The notes under the pieces were generated by a model. The model ran no database searches and was not told the origin of the DNA. It was given only the letters and a program-made list of their open reading frames with translations. A stretch of DNA of 64,000 bases from Gammaproteobacteria bacterium (GTDB lineage: Bacteria; Pseudomonadota; Gammaproteobacteria; Eutrophobiales; Eutrophobiaceae): the NCBI GenBank assembly GCA_965238225.1, contig OZ250183.1, positions 1,216,001-1,280,000 on the forward strand. The letters are read 5' to 3'. Positions 62,923 to 64,000 of this stretch are shown one piece after another (position 1 is the stretch's first letter; the number at the start of each line of letters is the position of its first letter). Position numbers and translations under genes: made by a program.

Positions 62923-63495
62923 TTAAAACTTTAATAATGAATAATATTTACCCCAATCAAACATCGCTCCTGGGTCTGTTTTTCTATCTGGCGCGATATG
63001 ACAATGTCCGATGATTCTCTGTTTGGTTATTTTAGGCCAAAACCGAATAATTGCCTCAGTTATATTTACCAAAGAATCATATTGCTTTTGAGTAAAGCGC
63101 ATATTATCACAACCTTCCAGCTCAATTCCTACAGAATAGTCGTTGCAATTCATCCGACCTTCATAGTCTGATATTCCTGCATGCCATGCACGCTGTGCAA
63201 AAGGGACATATTGAGTAATCAGACCTTTGCGATTGATTAATATGTGCGCAGAAACCTTAGGCAATGCAACCCCTGCAAAATAATGATGCTCTTTTGGGTT
63301 GAGTGAATTGGTGAAAAGCTGATCAATATATTCGCCGCCGAATTCTCCTAGAGGTAAACTGATACTGTGAATCACTAATAAATCTATCTCTGAGCCATCA
63401 GGTCTGTGGTCGTAATTAGGCGAAATAACTTTTCGAACACCTTTTATCCATTCGCCTTTGGTATCAATCTGTAATCTAGAATTTCTATCAATCAA
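62923..63495 (-). CDS. ampD: 1,6-anhydro-N-acetylmuramyl-L-alanine amidase
   Basis: LLVIHSISLP, VSAH, RAWHAG, GIELEG, GHCHIAPDRKTDPG. Confidence 0.95.
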   Translation of the reverse strand: MIDRNSRLQIDTKGEWIKGVRKVISPNYDHRPDGSEIDLLVIHSISLPLGEFGGEYIDQLFTNSLNPKEHHYFAGVALPKVSAHILINRKGLITQYVPFAQRAWHAGISDYEGRMNCNDYSVGIELEGCDNMRFTQKQYDSLVNITEAIIRFWPKITKQRIIGHCHIAPDRKTDPGAMFDWGKYYSLLKF

Positions 63496-63921
63496 TTTTC
63501 TTACTTTATCCTGTTTCTTGATCTCTTATTCTTAAATCTCTCATTCTTCATCTTTTATCACTAACCTACACAACATTCTGCCTAAGGAAATACTTTAACA
63601 AGCTTATGTTAATAAGGATAAACAAACTGAGCACCACTAACAAAAAATAATTATATTAATCTCACATATATCGTCTTGCTGTATATTTAGGCTCTGATAT
63701 ATATCCCTAGGAAAATTTTTGATGAAACCTAGCCACAGCCTTGTTATGAAAGGCGTAGTAAATCAAGATAATGTTTATACGGGCAACATTGGAGGTTGAT
63801 TTCTCCATCCTGCTTCCTGCATCATAAGACACTGACAGAATGATAAATACCGACAGATTTCTAATCTAAGCAAAGAAATTCATAAACTAACCCCTCAACA
63901 AAATAATCTAAAGAGGCGCAT

Positions 63922-64000
63922 ATGCAATCGTTACAATCTCTACTTGATAGACTGAGTAATATTATCTGGGGTGAATATGTTCTCATCCCTTTGCTGGCAT
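63922..64000 (+). CDS. Start of a probable alanine/glycine:cation symporter (AGCS), cut by the window edge
   Basis: RBS GAGG then MQSLQSLLDRLSNIIWGEYVLIPLL, an N-terminus typical of AlsT-like proteins; only 26 codons visible. Confidence 0.5.
   Translation, partial: MQSLQSLLDRLSNIIWGEYVLIPLLA

Noticed and set aside
63500-63920. Glycine riboswitch or nadC remnant upstream of the AGCS symporter
   Set aside because: No glycine-aptamer core motifs. The nadC-like peptide traces (ATLEVDFSI) are too weak to call without BLASTx.

Overview
AT-rich gammaproteobacterial chromosome segment, with decay signs that suggest a host-associated lifestyle (inference). The backbone is housekeeping: xerD-ogt, rpsP-rimM-trmD-rplS, tRNA-fMet-rimP-nusA-infB-rbfA-truB-rpsO-pnp, a peptide ABC transporter, fabI, tRNA-Leu-tig-clpP-clpX-lon-hupB-tRNA-Val/Asp-ppiD, cysS, lpxH and ampDE. 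Accessory blocks are a hopanoid cluster (squalene synthase, shc, hpnG, hpnN, hpnA), a partial Mrp antiporter operon, an RTX repeat protein with HlyB/HlyD, and a decayed IS1595-family element carrying a Panacea-type toxin-antitoxin pair. Two housekeeping pseudogenes (ygfA, ppiB) are present. The two strongest signals lie together at 57.3-59.1 kb. The first is a 484-nt group I intron, invisible in the ORF track, that splits tRNA-Arg(UCU) after U34; its IGS and P1-P10 elements can be read directly from the sequence. The second is a two-gene ThsB-like TIR plus membrane-protein cassette just downstream of the same tRNA operon, a candidate antiphage signalling system with no ThsA. All family assignments come from motif recognition by eye; no searches were run.
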